A stretch of 64,000 nucleotides of DNA, taken from assembly GCF_001194135.2 (NCBI RefSeq), contig NC_068983.1:36821091-36885090 (forward strand), in the 5' to 3' direction. The DNA is from Octopus bimaculoides (Eukaryota). The notes beneath the pieces are model-generated. The model saw only the letters and a list, made by a program, of their open reading frames with translations, did not search any database and had not been told where the DNA came from. Shown here one piece after another: positions 27,101-40,573 of the stretch (its first letter is position 1; every line of letters starts with the position of its first letter). Made by a program: the position numbers and the translations under genes.

Positions 27101-27599
27101 TAAAACAAGCCACAAAGGACAAGTGTTGCTAAATGAATCTACCTCAGTACATCACTGGTACTATCATTTTTCTGGCAAGGCAAGAAACAGAGTTGTTAGA
27201 TTATCGGACAAAATACGCTGCAGTATTGGTTTGGGATTGCTGTGCTCCGAGTTCAAACCCCATACATTACTTTTCATTTTTTATTTTTCGAGGTTTATAA
27301 AATATTACTCAAAAACTGGGATAAAATTCTTTCCAACAATCTCTCTTTTTTTTTCTCGGTACCGATTATATTCAAGAAAGGAGCACTTCCACTGTTATCC
27401 GCACGAATCCTTTATCAACCCCACAATCATTTTGCGAACTTGATAAGGAAAAAAAAACCCCAATTTTAATGGCTACAGAGAGATGATACGTAAACTTAGG
27501 TAATATTTGAACTTGTATTGCAAGAATGCAAGTATTGAACACTTGATGTATTCCGTCCGTTGCATTACCGTTTCTGCCACTCGACCACCTTAATGTACA

Positions 27600-27770
27600 A
27601 CTACTCATAGCGGCAGCAGTAGCCACAGCAGTAGCAGAACTAGTAGCACTAGCATGGATAGATAGAGCAGAAGTAGTAGTAGCGATGATAGTAGTAGTAG
27701 CAATAGTAGAAGTAGCAGTAGTAATAGTGGTTGTTGTAATAGTAGTAGCAGTAATAGCAGTAGTAGAATA
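27600..27770. repeat. Degenerate (AGT/AGC)n trinucleotide microsatellite
   Basis: Run of gtagca/gtagta/gtaata units. Confidence 0.85.
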
Positions 27771-28340
27771 TCATCTGTTCATTTGTCCAACAACGGAGTC
27801 AATGGAGACACACTGGAGTGAGTTCAGTCACTAGTAATTAACATAATTTGTTGACAGTGGGGCAAAGAGGAGAACTATAATTGTTCCATATCTAGCTGTT
27901 GTTGTGATTGTTGTTCGTAAGAGTGTTTACCATTTGCCATCACACTGAATAGTTTGCAATTAAATTATTTATGAATTAAAGATCACATCAGGGCCGATGA
28001 CATCTGGTTTCCATTGCTTCAAAGACTAATAAAGATATATATATATATTTGCGTAAAAATCAATCAATCACGCACACACAGATACAAATGGCCGAGATAT
28101 TAAACTATTGGCTTAGAAGTTAGGGGTAGATGTTTTACTGCATCTGGGGTTAAAGACATTTGATTCTTCGGTTACTATTAATCATTAAACCAGAGTCAAG
28201 CTGGTTGAAGAAATTCTGGATCAAACCTGTTTTAGCCGAAACCCTTCGGTTTCCAGTCAGCAGAGGACCAAGTGGAGGCAGTCGGTCTTCAGATCGAATC
28301 AAGGGAGCCACCACTCACTACTCCGAATTGGTTTCAAAAT

Positions 28341-28549
28341 TGGCACAAGGCCAGCAATTTCAGGGGAGCGACTAAGTCGATTATATTGACTCCTGTGCGA
28401 AATTGGTACTTAATTTAATCGACCCCCCCCCCGCGAAAGGATGAAAAGCAAAGTCGACCTCGGCAGCGTTTTGAACTCAGAACGTAAAGACGGACGAAAT
28501 GCCGTTAAGCGTTTTGCCCGGCGCGCTAACGATTCTACCGGCTCGCTGT
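28341..28549 (-). mobile_element. SINE family A monomer
   Basis: Reverse complement contains the head, B box gagttcaaaacgctgccgaggtcgac, and body. Confidence 0.85.
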
Positions 28550-29567
28550 TTTACTCCAAATTGCTAATACTATTTGTTGGTCGCAACCCTGGACAGAAGT
28601 GTCACTGTTTTTCGGTGAAAGGGTGAGATTTGAACNNNNNNNNNNNNNNNNNNNNNNNNNNNNNNNNNNNNNNNNNNNNNNNNNNNNNNNNNNNNNNNNN
28701 NNNNNNNNNNNNNNNNNNNNNNNNNNNNNNNNNNNNNGTAACTAGGACGGCATCCAACGTGCTCTTCCTACTTCGTAATCTGATAGCAAACTAAAATTTA
28801 AATTTGCCTGTTAATTCTAGCAGGTTGAGCAACCGGATAGAGATCTCTCCCCCATTGGCTCGTTTATTTCTAAATCTCCTACTAAACAATCACGAAGTTA
28901 TAGGTATCCGAGTGCAGAGAACCTAGAAATTCTAATTAAAAATTAGATCCGAAGTGAGGAGAGAGAAAAAATATCTGAAGTATTATTTCTGGTCAAGGGC
29001 GACAACTCCATTTAAGTTTTTTTTTTTTTAAATTGGACGTCGTGCAAATCTGATTCTTGGCAATGTGGTGACAGCTCCGAGTAAGTTTCAGTATTATCAA
29101 ACCTCATCAGTAAAACGTAGTTTTCTGGGATAATTAACCCCATCTCAATCGAAGGCAGTGGACGTTAGTGCGTTAGATCGAATACCTTGTATTTATTTCA
29201 GCACTATGCATTCTGAGTTCAAATCTCGCCCGGTTACCGAAAAACGGTGACACTTCTGTCAGAAGTTGCGATCAACAGATAGCGTCAATGAAAAACACTT
29301 TCCTTTGTTCGACTGGCAGATCAACCACCACGACCACCATCATCCCTACATATCCTTGATCGAGCAGTCTTATAATAAAAAAAAACAAACAAACCATGAC
29401 CATCCTGTCTTGTTTTGTTTTTTTGCCAGCAAAAGCGTACCCCCAAACTATTATCCCTTTGGTTTTATCAATAGTCTGGTTTGACACGCTGCTATTTCTA
29501 GCAGATTTAGCGATCACATAGAAATTCCATCGATGTCTCTTATGCTTAACGGTTACAGACCGGACAT

Positions 29568-29662
29568 TTACACTTTAGCGTACAGTTTAACCCTAACCCA
29601 GATCAGGACATTTCACAGTGTATAGACTATGGATACTGCGGTAGACCGCACGCTAAAGTAAC
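29568..29662. mobile_element. ~100-bp TIR element (MITE) containing taaccc units
   Basis: Ends actttagcgtacagt / accgcacgctaaagtaac are inverted complements with an internal aaccctaaccc; a second copy in opposite orientation lies at 45385-45485. Confidence 0.7.
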
Positions 29663-29929
29663 ACTGGTAAAAAAATTACATCATAAACTGAAATAAAAGT
29701 AAAGAAAAAAACTACAGAACCTGGAATGAAGTACTGTCCCTCAGTGTGAATTATTTGTTAGAGCGAAATCAGTTCCAAAACCTACACAAGGCAATTCCTA
29801 CTTTAACAACAGAATATAAATTATTGGTTTCTTAAGTTTTATGTTAGTGGAGGTTTCTGTATTTTAAGAGAAAGGGAAATGAAAACTTGCGATATCCACG
29901 AATTTCCTGAGGGTATTGGTAATAAAACT

Positions 29930-30158
29930 GGGGCGGAGTAGCTTCAATCGGGAATTGAAATTGTTGGGCGGCTAATCTCGCCTTAAATGGACGCTCGCCG
30001 GGCGGCAAACCTCGCCCAAATCGAACGCACAACGGGCGGCAAACCCCGCCCAAATCGAACGCAACCAATCGAAGTTTTCTATATATTGATTTCTTTCGAT
30101 TATGCTTTGGTCGGCAGCAGAGAAAAGCAGAATAGTGATTAGATCTTAGGAACAAAAG
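29930..30158 (+). promoter_or_regulatory. Candidate promoter: GC boxes, CCAAT, TATA-like and a possible first-exon donor
   Basis: GGGCGG at 29930, 29966, 30000 and 30034, CCGCCC at about 30046, CCAAT 30065-30069, tatata 30080-30085, AAG|GTATGA donor at 30158/30159. Motif-level evidence only. Confidence 0.35.
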
Positions 30159-31723
30159 GTATGAAAATATTGTCGTTTGAATAGTTAAAATATTGGTATC
30201 TTTATCGTCTACAAAGGAAGAAAAATATATAAGAAAAAGTCGATTCCAGCAAGGCTTGAACACAATGAGGTACCTCACTTGATCAGATCCCCTAAAGCAG
30301 CGAGTCTGTTTTGTCATGGCCATACCCGCTGTATGTAGGCACAGACATAGCTTAGTGAAGGTTACTTTAGAATCACAAAATCTTAGCTTCGATCCTAGTA
30401 CGTGCAGTCTTTATCCCTCGGATCCACTCATGCCTTGTGAAAAAGAGCAATTAGATGGGCGGAAACTGTGTAGAAGCCCGTTAGATGGATTGTACCGGCA
30501 TAGCAAAGGTCCAGTCTCGTTATATATTGTGTCAGGCCGATTCGTGCTAGGAAATACATTAAAGGTACGCATTTTTGTTGGATAAAATTCTTTCCTTTCG
30601 TCAAAATTTCTCCTTCATAGTCCTTTGCACTAAGTGGCGCCTGGCTTTGTTTGGGACTTTCTTAGATTAAAGAAAAAGAATCCGTTACGTATTCGACCAT
30701 TTAACATGTACGACGTTGAAATAACTTATCGAACAACTGAAAGCTCATCGTCGAAATTGAAGGAGGACCTTTGTTCTGTTGCGTTTTCTTCACGCCGTTT
30801 AACAACGATTGGATTGCAATTTTGAGCAATGAATAGATAGAATAATTGTTACGACCTGATTTGAAAACACATGAAAGGGAACCGACATCGGCACTCAATA
30901 ACGATTAACATAAACACGATAGACTGAAAACCAAGTAAACGTGACCCTGCACCAGCTGTTCGCTAACTGAATACAACAAGGAATTTATCAATCAGCTTTT
31001 GTTTAAAGTTAACGTATATTTATATCAGTGAATGATCAGCTTCAAGTTGGTTTTTACGTACGTTTGAACAATTCAAGTTTAAAATTGGTTTGAAAGAAAA
31101 TTCTTTCAGAATGGAATGAAATTTATGATAGAAAAGTAAGATTAAAGCTTTTGAAGATGTAATGTAAAGAAGGAAGTCGGTAAGAGAGAGAGAAAGAGTG
31201 AGAGAAAGAAAGGAAGGAGAGAATGAGAAACAAGAGAAAGAAAGTAAGTAAACGAAAAAAAAGTGAAAGACAAAGAAAGAAAAAAGTAACAAAGAGAGAA
31301 AGATAAAGACCAAGAGAAAGAAACAAAGAAAAGGAATATATATGCATGCATATGTGCGCGCGCGCGTGCGTGCGTGCGTGCGTGCGTGTGTGTGTGTGTG
31401 TAAAATAATTGGGTTAAAACGCCTTAACTTCAGTTAACCCCTTTCTACTTCGATTACTAATTAATATCAGTAGAATCCATTATAAGGGACAGCATTCATA
31501 TTCTACAGAACCTGACGTTGTACTTTTTCAAAAGATGAAAACCAGTAATTCTTATTCCTTAACGATTAATAAAGTAAATGTAAGATTTCTTACTAAAAAG
31601 TTGAGCGAGGCTAGGTTCTTTAGCCCTTGGTCAACTTTGACAGGACAAACTTATGATCTGTACCTTAAAAAAAAAAATTGGCGGTATCTAATCTTAAATT
31701 AGCCAATATACTCTTGTTTAAGT

Positions 31724-32270
31724 GCGGCGAGCTGGCAGAATCGTTCGCAACGCCGGGCGAAATGCTTAGCAGTATTTCGTCTGTCTTTATACACTCCGAG
31801 TTCAAATTCCATCATGGTCGATTAAATAAGTACCAGTAACGCACTGGGGTCGATGTAATCGACTTAATCCCTTTGTCTGTCCTTGTTTGTCCCCTCTATG
31901 TTTAGCCCCCCCCCCTGTGGGCAATAAAGAATTAAAGGTACTCTTGCTTAAAACTCGAGTTCCATTTGAGGGGGATTAAGCTACTGCTTTGAGCCGGTCG
32001 TCGAGCAAGACTCTCCAATATATACAGACTAACAAAATATGATTCGGGTACTTTAAATACCCATTGAATAGGGACGTTATTAGTTGGCTCGTCGGACAAA
32101 ATGCTTAGCGGCATTTCTTCGAGCGCTTTATGTTCTCAGTTCAAATACTACCATTTTCTTCCTTTCGAGATCGATAAAAGAAAGTACCCGTCAAATACTG
32201 GAATCTATGTAATCGACTAACACCCTCCCCACCCCTAGTTACTGGTCTTGTATCAAAATTTGAAGCCATA
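31724..32270 (+). mobile_element. Two family A SINEs (31724-31932 with tail 1, about 32075-32270 with tail 2)
   Basis: gcggcgagctggcagaatcg head, B box and partly deleted body; a second decayed copy follows. Confidence 0.78.
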
Positions 32271-33902
32271 ATTCTAAGGACAGTATGTTTCAGCTTTAAC
32301 TCTCATCTCTCCAGAATGGGGCTTTCATCAATTGAGTGCCATTCGATTAGTAATCCCTTTTCCTATAAATGTCTGGCCCTCTGCCTATTCAAAGTACGAA
32401 TAACTAACTCTTAGATAACAAATGTGAAGTCAACAAAGGATCAGGGGACCTGCTAGAAATGGGAGTCAAATCTCATTTAAATCACATCCTACACTCTGAT
32501 AGAAAAAAGTTTAAGATGGGATGGTCGCAATTAGAACGACTGGTTAAGTTTGTTTGATAAGGATAGACAGAGGAATAAATAAAGAACAGGGTAAGCACAA
32601 AGCTAAAGATATTTAGCAGAAGAAAGAAATGTGATTCTATGACATTCATCCCTTTTCGAGAGTGTTATGATGTTATCGGAGATTGAAACTTGGATCGACT
32701 TTATTGATGTTGCTTGTTGTCTGTACCCAAGTCAGCCCAGATCGGGTTTTGTTTATATATAATTAACTATATTCACTATATAGTCATTATATATCAACGA
32801 CTATGAATAGTCTTTCTTTAAATTAAAATGAAACTTGAGGGAGATTTAGCTGCTATTTCTAGCACGTTGAGTAACTCAATAGCAGCTCTTTCGGTCGGTG
32901 TTGAATGGACTCGAATTTAATCGTTTTACCAAACATCGGACGGAGTTTTGGAATAACTGTCCTTCGAAGTCCCATACCTCATGAAGAAAGGAAATGGTAA
33001 AGATGGGATGGGGAGCAACAATGTAAAAACAAATAAATAAATTGAACGAAATTTTTGGAAAAATATTTACCACACTCGTAACTGCCATTGAAACACAGGA
33101 ATTTAAAAAAATCTGAAGTAAAAACTACTTTTTCCCTTTCCCAAGAGGCACGGGACTTCGAGTTTATTCCAAAGCTCCGTCAAACTGTGGATATCAGAAA
33201 ATAGAACCTTTTAAATCTACCTGGACGTTTTTAATGTTCTTCTAAGTACTTTTATAACGTGTATATATTTTAAAATGTTAGATTTATAACTATTACGCAA
33301 GACGATTCGCTGATCACATTATGCTTATACATACACATACATATTGAGGAGTCGTCGAATTGTTTCCCTCGCTCACAGCATTGTTTGAAAAGAAAAAAAA
33401 GGGCTTGGCGAAGTTGGCGGTAGAGTAGATGTTTCCCCCTCCCTTCCCTTCCACCCCGATCTTTATCTTTCAGTATAACTCCCACACGTATTCGTTGTGT
33501 AGTTGTTACACAAAACACACCCATTTAACACCCACATAAATATTTGAGGTAAAGTTCAAATACTACTCCGCTATCAATAACACACTACTTTACTTCTCTA
33601 GATACGCGCTAAGTCACCCTGCTCGCCCACATAATTCAAACATTCACACACACACACAAAAGCAAATACCATTATATCAAATCTAATCGGATATCACAAG
33701 TTAAAATGTTGACAATAACTCTGGCGAATATCTTGTAATGAAGCCGTATTCTTCTTTTACAATAAGCAGGATCGAATCATGTGATGTTCTAATGGGAGAC
33801 GAGAGTTGCATCAGAATTTCTGCTACTAATGACAACCAAACGGTTGGTTCTTCACTTAAAAAGCGATCCCCCACTACTTATACGTTAATAATATAAACAG
33901 AA

Positions 33903-33951
<49 letters not shown>

Positions 33952-35481
33952 TGTAAATATCAAATTATTTAAAATTGAGTGTGAAAATATTTGCAGTTAA
34001 ATGAAATAAGAGTTTCTTTGAATTTGTTTTCTAAAACATGTGTCGACAATCGCAACTGATTCCGTACGTTTTATGGGATTAAAAATAAACTTAAGTGTTT
34101 TATCTTCCAGACGATATTTTAGATTGTTGATTGTCAGAACTCTGAATACCAACTTCCAATCGTTTCTAAGTTAGAGGGGATTTTTTTTTCTTCTAATATT
34201 TAAGGAAATTTCTTATATCTGCCACCCGTATTTTCTATTTTCCAGTTGTATTTACTGATACATAACAATTTATTGATAGTAGCAAACTGTATCTTAATTC
34301 AGTTAAGTTCTATATCTTAGCGATACTCCAAGATATAATTCTAAAAGGCTTTCCCTAACAGTCCAAAATAACAATTAAACTTCCTTAAATACTCAATAGT
34401 ATTATATATTTATCAAAAGATGAGCAAAAACGGCACTTTAATCTGCTGTTTATATCAGCTGTAGATTTTTAAAACGAGTGATGAATTTATAGGTTTAACG
34501 AAATTACATTCAAAACGGCAAAACACATGTGTTCGGTTATTTTACACACTTTCGTTCTTTTCTAAGCTACTAAAAATATTTAGATATTTTTTTAGAACAC
34601 GTGTAGTATCAAATATGTTACAAATACACACACTTAGTTCTCGCCAATTTTTTTTTTTTCTTTTGAAGACAACTAAAACTTAAACAACGGACGAAAGCAT
34701 TTTAAATAAATTTAATGTAACGGTATGGAGTGAACTGTACTAACGATAATAAACGAACTGGAAAATTTCCTACCTGCGTTTTTCTTATATAATCACATTA
34801 TGTAACAGTTCTAGATAGAGTCAATCAAGAGTAGATTTGAAGAGGATGAGAGAAAAGAAAAAGTATTAGAGAAAAATACATGGAAAATATAAAAATGAAC
34901 TATAGCCTTCGAAAAGGGACTTTTGAAAATAGTTAAAAAAACAAGGTAAAAAGTCTGTACAGCGTGATATAAGATTGTGTCACCGATTAAAGAATATTCG
35001 TACGCTGAAAAATATTGTTATATAATAAAAGATAAAAACACCTCACCTGTTATTTGTTTGGAGGCCATCGTAACATAAAGAGAAATGCTGTTTAGGAAAG
35101 AAAAGAAAAAAAGATACTGCATCATCTCCGTATGTCAATGAAAACTGCCGTCAGTCAGATACCCACGTTGGACTTTCGCTAAGTGTTTGCTACAACATCA
35201 TGTAGATTGTAAAGTACTACGCCAGCAGCTCTGTGTCGACCAATGCCAACCAGGTTGTGTAGTTTAACTGGTTTTATTTGGTAAGCTCCATCATAGTTTA
35301 CTATCGTGGGCTACCCCCCGCGTCTTACTCGGCTCTGACATCATAACGTTATATTTATAACAGCGGTGGAATTCCCTCGCTGTCCAAACGGTATGGCGTT
35401 TCTTTATCACATTTCGTCCTCAAAATTAATCGTGTATAAACATACGCACACAGCTATATGTATATATAGACACACACACAC

Positions 35482-35530
<49 letters not shown>

Positions 35531-35715
35531 CATACAAGACACACACACTACCCTCACGTAGTTGAAAAGTTGTAAATATAAACCATGGCCTATCCATAAT
35601 CAGTTACTGAATCAGCTGAATCAGTTATTAATTCATGAATACCACCGGCTTTTTTTTCTTTTTTTTTTTCGTGGTTAATAGAGTAAAATGTTCAAGTTTA
35701 GCATTACTATTAATT

Positions 35716-36465
35716 ACGAAGGCGGCGAGCTGGTGGAATCGTTAACACGCCGGACAAAATGCTTAGCGGCATTTCGTTCGTCTTTACGTTCTGAGTTCAA
35801 AATGCTGCCGAGGTCGACTTTGCTCTTCATCCTTTTGGGAATCGATAAATTAAGTACCAGCTTCGCACTGGGATCGATAAAATCGACTTCTCCCTCCCCA
35901 CCGCCATTTCACGCCGTGTGCCTTTAGTACAAAGGATTGTTATTATTGTTCGCGTCGCAGCTGACTGGCAAACACTTAAAACCTTCGACAGCCCAGTTCA
36001 CGTAATAACAAATAGTTACCACTGGGAATACAATTCAGCTGTAAGTAGAAAGAAACTGTAATAGTGACAAGGAAAAAAAAAAGGAGACAGAAAAAAAGGA
36101 AAGACAAAAAAAAAATGGAGAAAGAAAAGAAAAAAAAACTCTTCGATACCTTGAAGAGCTAAGTTCAAATCGTTCCATGGATAGCTGATAGACAGGTTAA
36201 TTTATTCCCCAACCTTGTTACTAAATACACAGAATAACTGGAAGTGTGATATTCCACAGGTGGTTATCATGTTTTATAAGGTTATTAAACATATTCTTTA
36301 AAATCTTTCGAAGACGTACATAGATGCGGGTCAAGGAAGTTGAGTTGACAGAGTCGTTAAAGTGTTGAATAGGTTGCTTTGCGGTATTTCTTCCGTCTCT
36401 TTACGTTCTGAGTTCAAATTCCACCGATGTCAGTATTGCCTTTCATCCTTTCGGGATCAATAAAT
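35716..36465 (+). mobile_element. SINE family A copies (35716-35945, 36335-36465)
   Basis: aaggcggcgagctggtggaatcg head, gagttcaaa B box and body in each. Confidence 0.82.
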
Positions 36466-36579
36466 AAGATTTCACACCCTGACTGAAGGTGATTCTTTTC
36501 TTTCTTTCAGAAATCGCCTGGGATCAGTCCTGGAAAATAATAGACACCACCGGGTCTAAAAATGCCTAAGACACACTGT

Positions 36580-37113
36580 AAGTCACGAGGATGCCTCTAC
36601 GACTCCAAAGAGTAAAGGGATCACGGGAGTAAAGGGATCACGTGCGTGTATGTGTGTGTACTTGATCCAACAACCAGTTTCACTTCATCATCCGGCTTTC
36701 TCGAGTAACTTAAGTGGAGTCTACTCTGTTACAAACATTCAGAGCCGGCCTCCAGTCTGAGAATAACTCGACGCTTTCGCTCCCTGCTGCTGTAACCAGT
36801 GAGTAGTGGAGGTCTTCTCAACCTCTCCTCCTCCACTCTCGGAAACACCCCTAAAAAAAGATCACGTGTGTTGTCTTTCCACGAACTAAACTCTATACGT
36901 GTGTGTGTGTGTCCGCGTACATGCGCGCACGTGTGTGAGTATGCGTGTGTGCGAATGCCAGCTGATTAGTTCAGAATGAAATTCTGTCGCCTTCACGTTG
37001 AAAATGTGTGGAACGTGGAGAAGACAGTGCGATAATGGTCGTATGTAGAAAATTACAATTTCTCCATGGGATAGGAAAGAGAGACAGAAAGCGAGAGAGT
37101 AATGTGGACGAGA

Positions 37114-37145
<32 letters not shown>

Positions 37146-37200
37146 ACGAACGAGTGGCGTCTCTCGTATTACGTCATATTCATTCATAAAGACCGGTTAC
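36580..37200. promoter_or_regulatory. Candidate regulatory island with clustered E-boxes
   Basis: CACGTG at 36639, 36863 and 36928; CACGTT at 36994 and its complement AACGTG at 37012; TTACGTCA at 37169; unique, CpG-richer sequence. Confidence 0.3.
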
Positions 37201-37617
37201 CTTATGATTTAGTGTGTATTATTCCTCGGTGTAGTTTTTTCTGTTAAAACTACTACTACTACCACCACCACCACTATAACAGTCGTGCCGGCCATAAACA
37301 ATATTTATCGAGAGATAAATTTCGGAATGATTCGGCACATTCATAACATTTCATACATACCAACCGGGTGGCTAAAGCACCCACCTTGTGAACTTTCTAG
37401 TTTGTATGTATTCGTCGTTCCTTCTTTCTTTTGTTCTAGTATGTGATCGCCTGACACGATGCCAGCCAATTTTTCAGCAAATCAAAACCAGTAGTACTGT
37501 TTCGATATCCGGTTAGAAGCATTACGCGGCTTCATTTGGCTGCCATCCCCACTGCCATCACCCGTACCACAAGGACATTCAGGAACGTAGTTTTAGTATT
37601 ATTATTATTATTATTAT

Positions 37618-38745
37618 AAAGGCGGCGAGCTGGCAGAATCGTTACCACGCCGGGGAAAATGCTTAGCGGCATTTCGTCTGTCTGTACGTTATGAATTCAA
37701 ATTCCACCGAGGTCGACTTCACCTTTCACCCTTTCGGGGTCGATGAATTAAGTACTAGTCAAGTACTGGGGTCAATGTGATCGACTTACCCCCTCTTTCA
37801 AAATTTCAGGTTTTGTGCCTACAGTAGAAAGGATTATTATAATTATAATAGGAGAAAATACCTTGCAATGTTTAATTCCGTCTCTTTTGCGTCTGCGTTG
37901 GAAACCCCACCAGGGTCCACTTCGACTTTCATCTCTCCGAGGGTTAATAAAATGAATACCCGTCAAAATTCTAGGGTCGACATGATGGGCAACACCCACC
38001 TCTAAAATTTGTAACAAGTCTACCTATGCTGGAGGTAACTATTTTCTTTTGCCTTCAGATTGGTGACTCGACAAATAATTAGAACATTGGATAAAATGCT
38101 ACGCAAAAATTTGTTCCGGCATTTTACGTTCTGAGTTGAAATCGCACCGAGGCCAATTTTACTTTTCATTCTTTCTGGGGTCGATAAAAAAAACCCACTA
38201 GGCAAGTACTGGGATCTGTGGTATGAACTAACCCTACCCCTAAATTATGTTACCTTGTGCCTAAATTAGAAACATAAACATTTATAAATGGGGCGGTGGA
38301 TTAGCAGAATTGTTAGCGCATCGACCAAAATGTCATGCAGTATTTATTCCGGCTCTTTGTATTCTGGGTTCAAATCGCACTAAAGTCAAGAGGTCAGCTT
38401 TGCCTTTTATTCTTTCGGAATTGATAAAATAAAGTACCAGTTAATTATGGGGTCAATATACTCAACTGGTTTCCTCCATCAAAATTACTGGCCTTACAAC
38501 TAAACCAGGAACTATCATTATCAGCAAACTGGCAGAATCGTTAGAGCGTCGAAATTTTCTTTTAAGGTACATCTTCCGATTCTTTACATTTTTGGTTCAA
38601 ATTCTGTCGAAGCCAACTTTAACTTTCATCCTTTCGGAATCAATAAAAGAGAAAAAAAAAAAAAAGAAAAAAATGGTCAAGACCTGAGATCGAAGGAATC
38701 GACTAGCATCCACCCCTCCCCAACCTCAAAACTGCCGGTCGTGTG
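37618..38745 (+). mobile_element. Cluster of at least four co-oriented family A SINEs of different ages
   Basis: Well-preserved copy at 37618-37848; decayed copies at about 38060-38270, 38290-38510 and 38525-38745, each with head and B box remnants. Confidence 0.75.
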
Positions 38746-39563
38746 ACTGCGAACCGGTTTCAAAGCCCAGTAGGAACCACTTCATTTTTACTCGTCTTAC
38801 TAAGGTATTTGGAAAATTCATGAACGATGCAACATACATAGGAACTATGTAAACCTATGATCGATAGAATATGCCAGGTATAGTTCTTGTGATTACATCA
38901 GTTACGAAAGGCTATTGGAATGGTAAAAAAAAATTAAAAAAAAAAGACGACTCACTCGTGTACCTAGTCCCTATTCTATCAGGGATCGACTATATCATTT
39001 CTTCCCCCACCAGCAACCCCCCGGATGATAGAATAAACACTATTCGTTGCTATACTCTTCAAATCACCGCCACGTAATTGTGGTGTTGTGCTTACGTTAA
39101 GAAATCATTCACAAATTACGTTCGGTTTTAAATCTTGCTGAAATGAGGAGCCCTCAACAGGGTTCTATAAAATATATTTAAAAATATCACTTAAATCATA
39201 TGTTTGATTTAATCGACTGTCTCTGACCTTTCCCCTATAGTTTAAGGCGTTGTGTCAACGTTAGAAAACATGAATATCAAATACGAACATGAAAACAAAA
39301 CAAGCAAACACTGAGTGAGATAGTAAGAAGAGAGAAATAGTAAAATAGACGAAAACGAGCATAGACATACACGTACAAGAATAAGCTTAAGAATATATAG
39401 AGAAATACTTCGAAAGAATAATACTTACGGTTTGATTTTTAGTTTTGATTTCCTGTTAATATTATTAATATTTTTTTTTAAGTAACCCGAAAGATTACTT
39501 CCAACAAATCCGGCTTTCTTTAAAATGAATATAAAACAAAGATGTGTAAGAAAAGAAAAATAA

Positions 39564-39602
<39 letters not shown>

Positions 39603-40209
39603 TGAAGTAAACTTGTAAGGGTATATTTTTCTAATTCCTTGCTTCAGTCAGAACTGTCCAAAGTTTCCAAAGCTTTTACTGTCAGCTGGCAGACTCTCAG
39701 GTATATATATATGTATTATATATGTGTCATAGGGCCCGCTTACATACATCCATACATACATACACCGCCTCACATCGTAACTATTTCCCGCTCTCTCTCT
39801 CTCTCTCTCTCTCTTCCCCTTTCTTCTTCCCTTGTGGTTACATTCTTTCTATTGTTAGTAATTGTTTAAAAGACAAGCCTACATGATGTGTTTCTTCAAT
39901 AAATCGCTGCGCCACCTGTGACGGAACGTCCGTGACTCAACAGGATTTTGTCGACCCGTTTGTTTATTTGTTTGTTGATTGCCGACTGCTTAATTATTAT
40001 TATTATTACAACTCATATCTTTACAACAGTAGCGACATCAGTGAATGGAGAAAAGACCTAGCATGCCATAAAATATAAATATTTTATATATGAGAACAAC
40101 TTCACACACACACACACTATTATATACACTCGCATGTATATGTATATATACATATCTTTGTGTATATGAATACATGTATGATATACATAAAATATACATT
40201 ATATATATA

Positions 40210-40246
<37 letters not shown>

Positions 40247-40419
40247 CACGCATATTATATAATATACAAGGCCAGACTGGGGCACGGCCTTGAAGTATTT
40301 AGTCAAACAAAGCGACCCCAGTACATATTTTCCAAACCCAGTACTTTTTCTATCGGTTCTTTGGCTGAACCGCTAAGTTACGAGGGTGTAAACAAACCAA
40401 CATTGGCTGTCAAAGAGCG

Positions 40420-40455
<36 letters not shown>

Positions 40456-40573
40456 CACATACACACGGGGTACTCGGACTAGATTTGACAGTTTGCATAA
40501 AAGTAAAAGAAAGCAATGTCTCATCCAAAAGTGAAGTATCTTTTTAAAAAAAATAACGAGATATCAACTAGTT

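Noticed and set aside
28236-28295. Minus-strand CUGAAGA...GAAAC with a gaaacc/ggtttc hairpin
   Set aside because: Stem II does not form and there is no stem I.
29065-29115. Minus-strand CUGAUGA...GAAAC...GUC
   Set aside because: Stem II is only 3 bp, and stems I and III do not pair.
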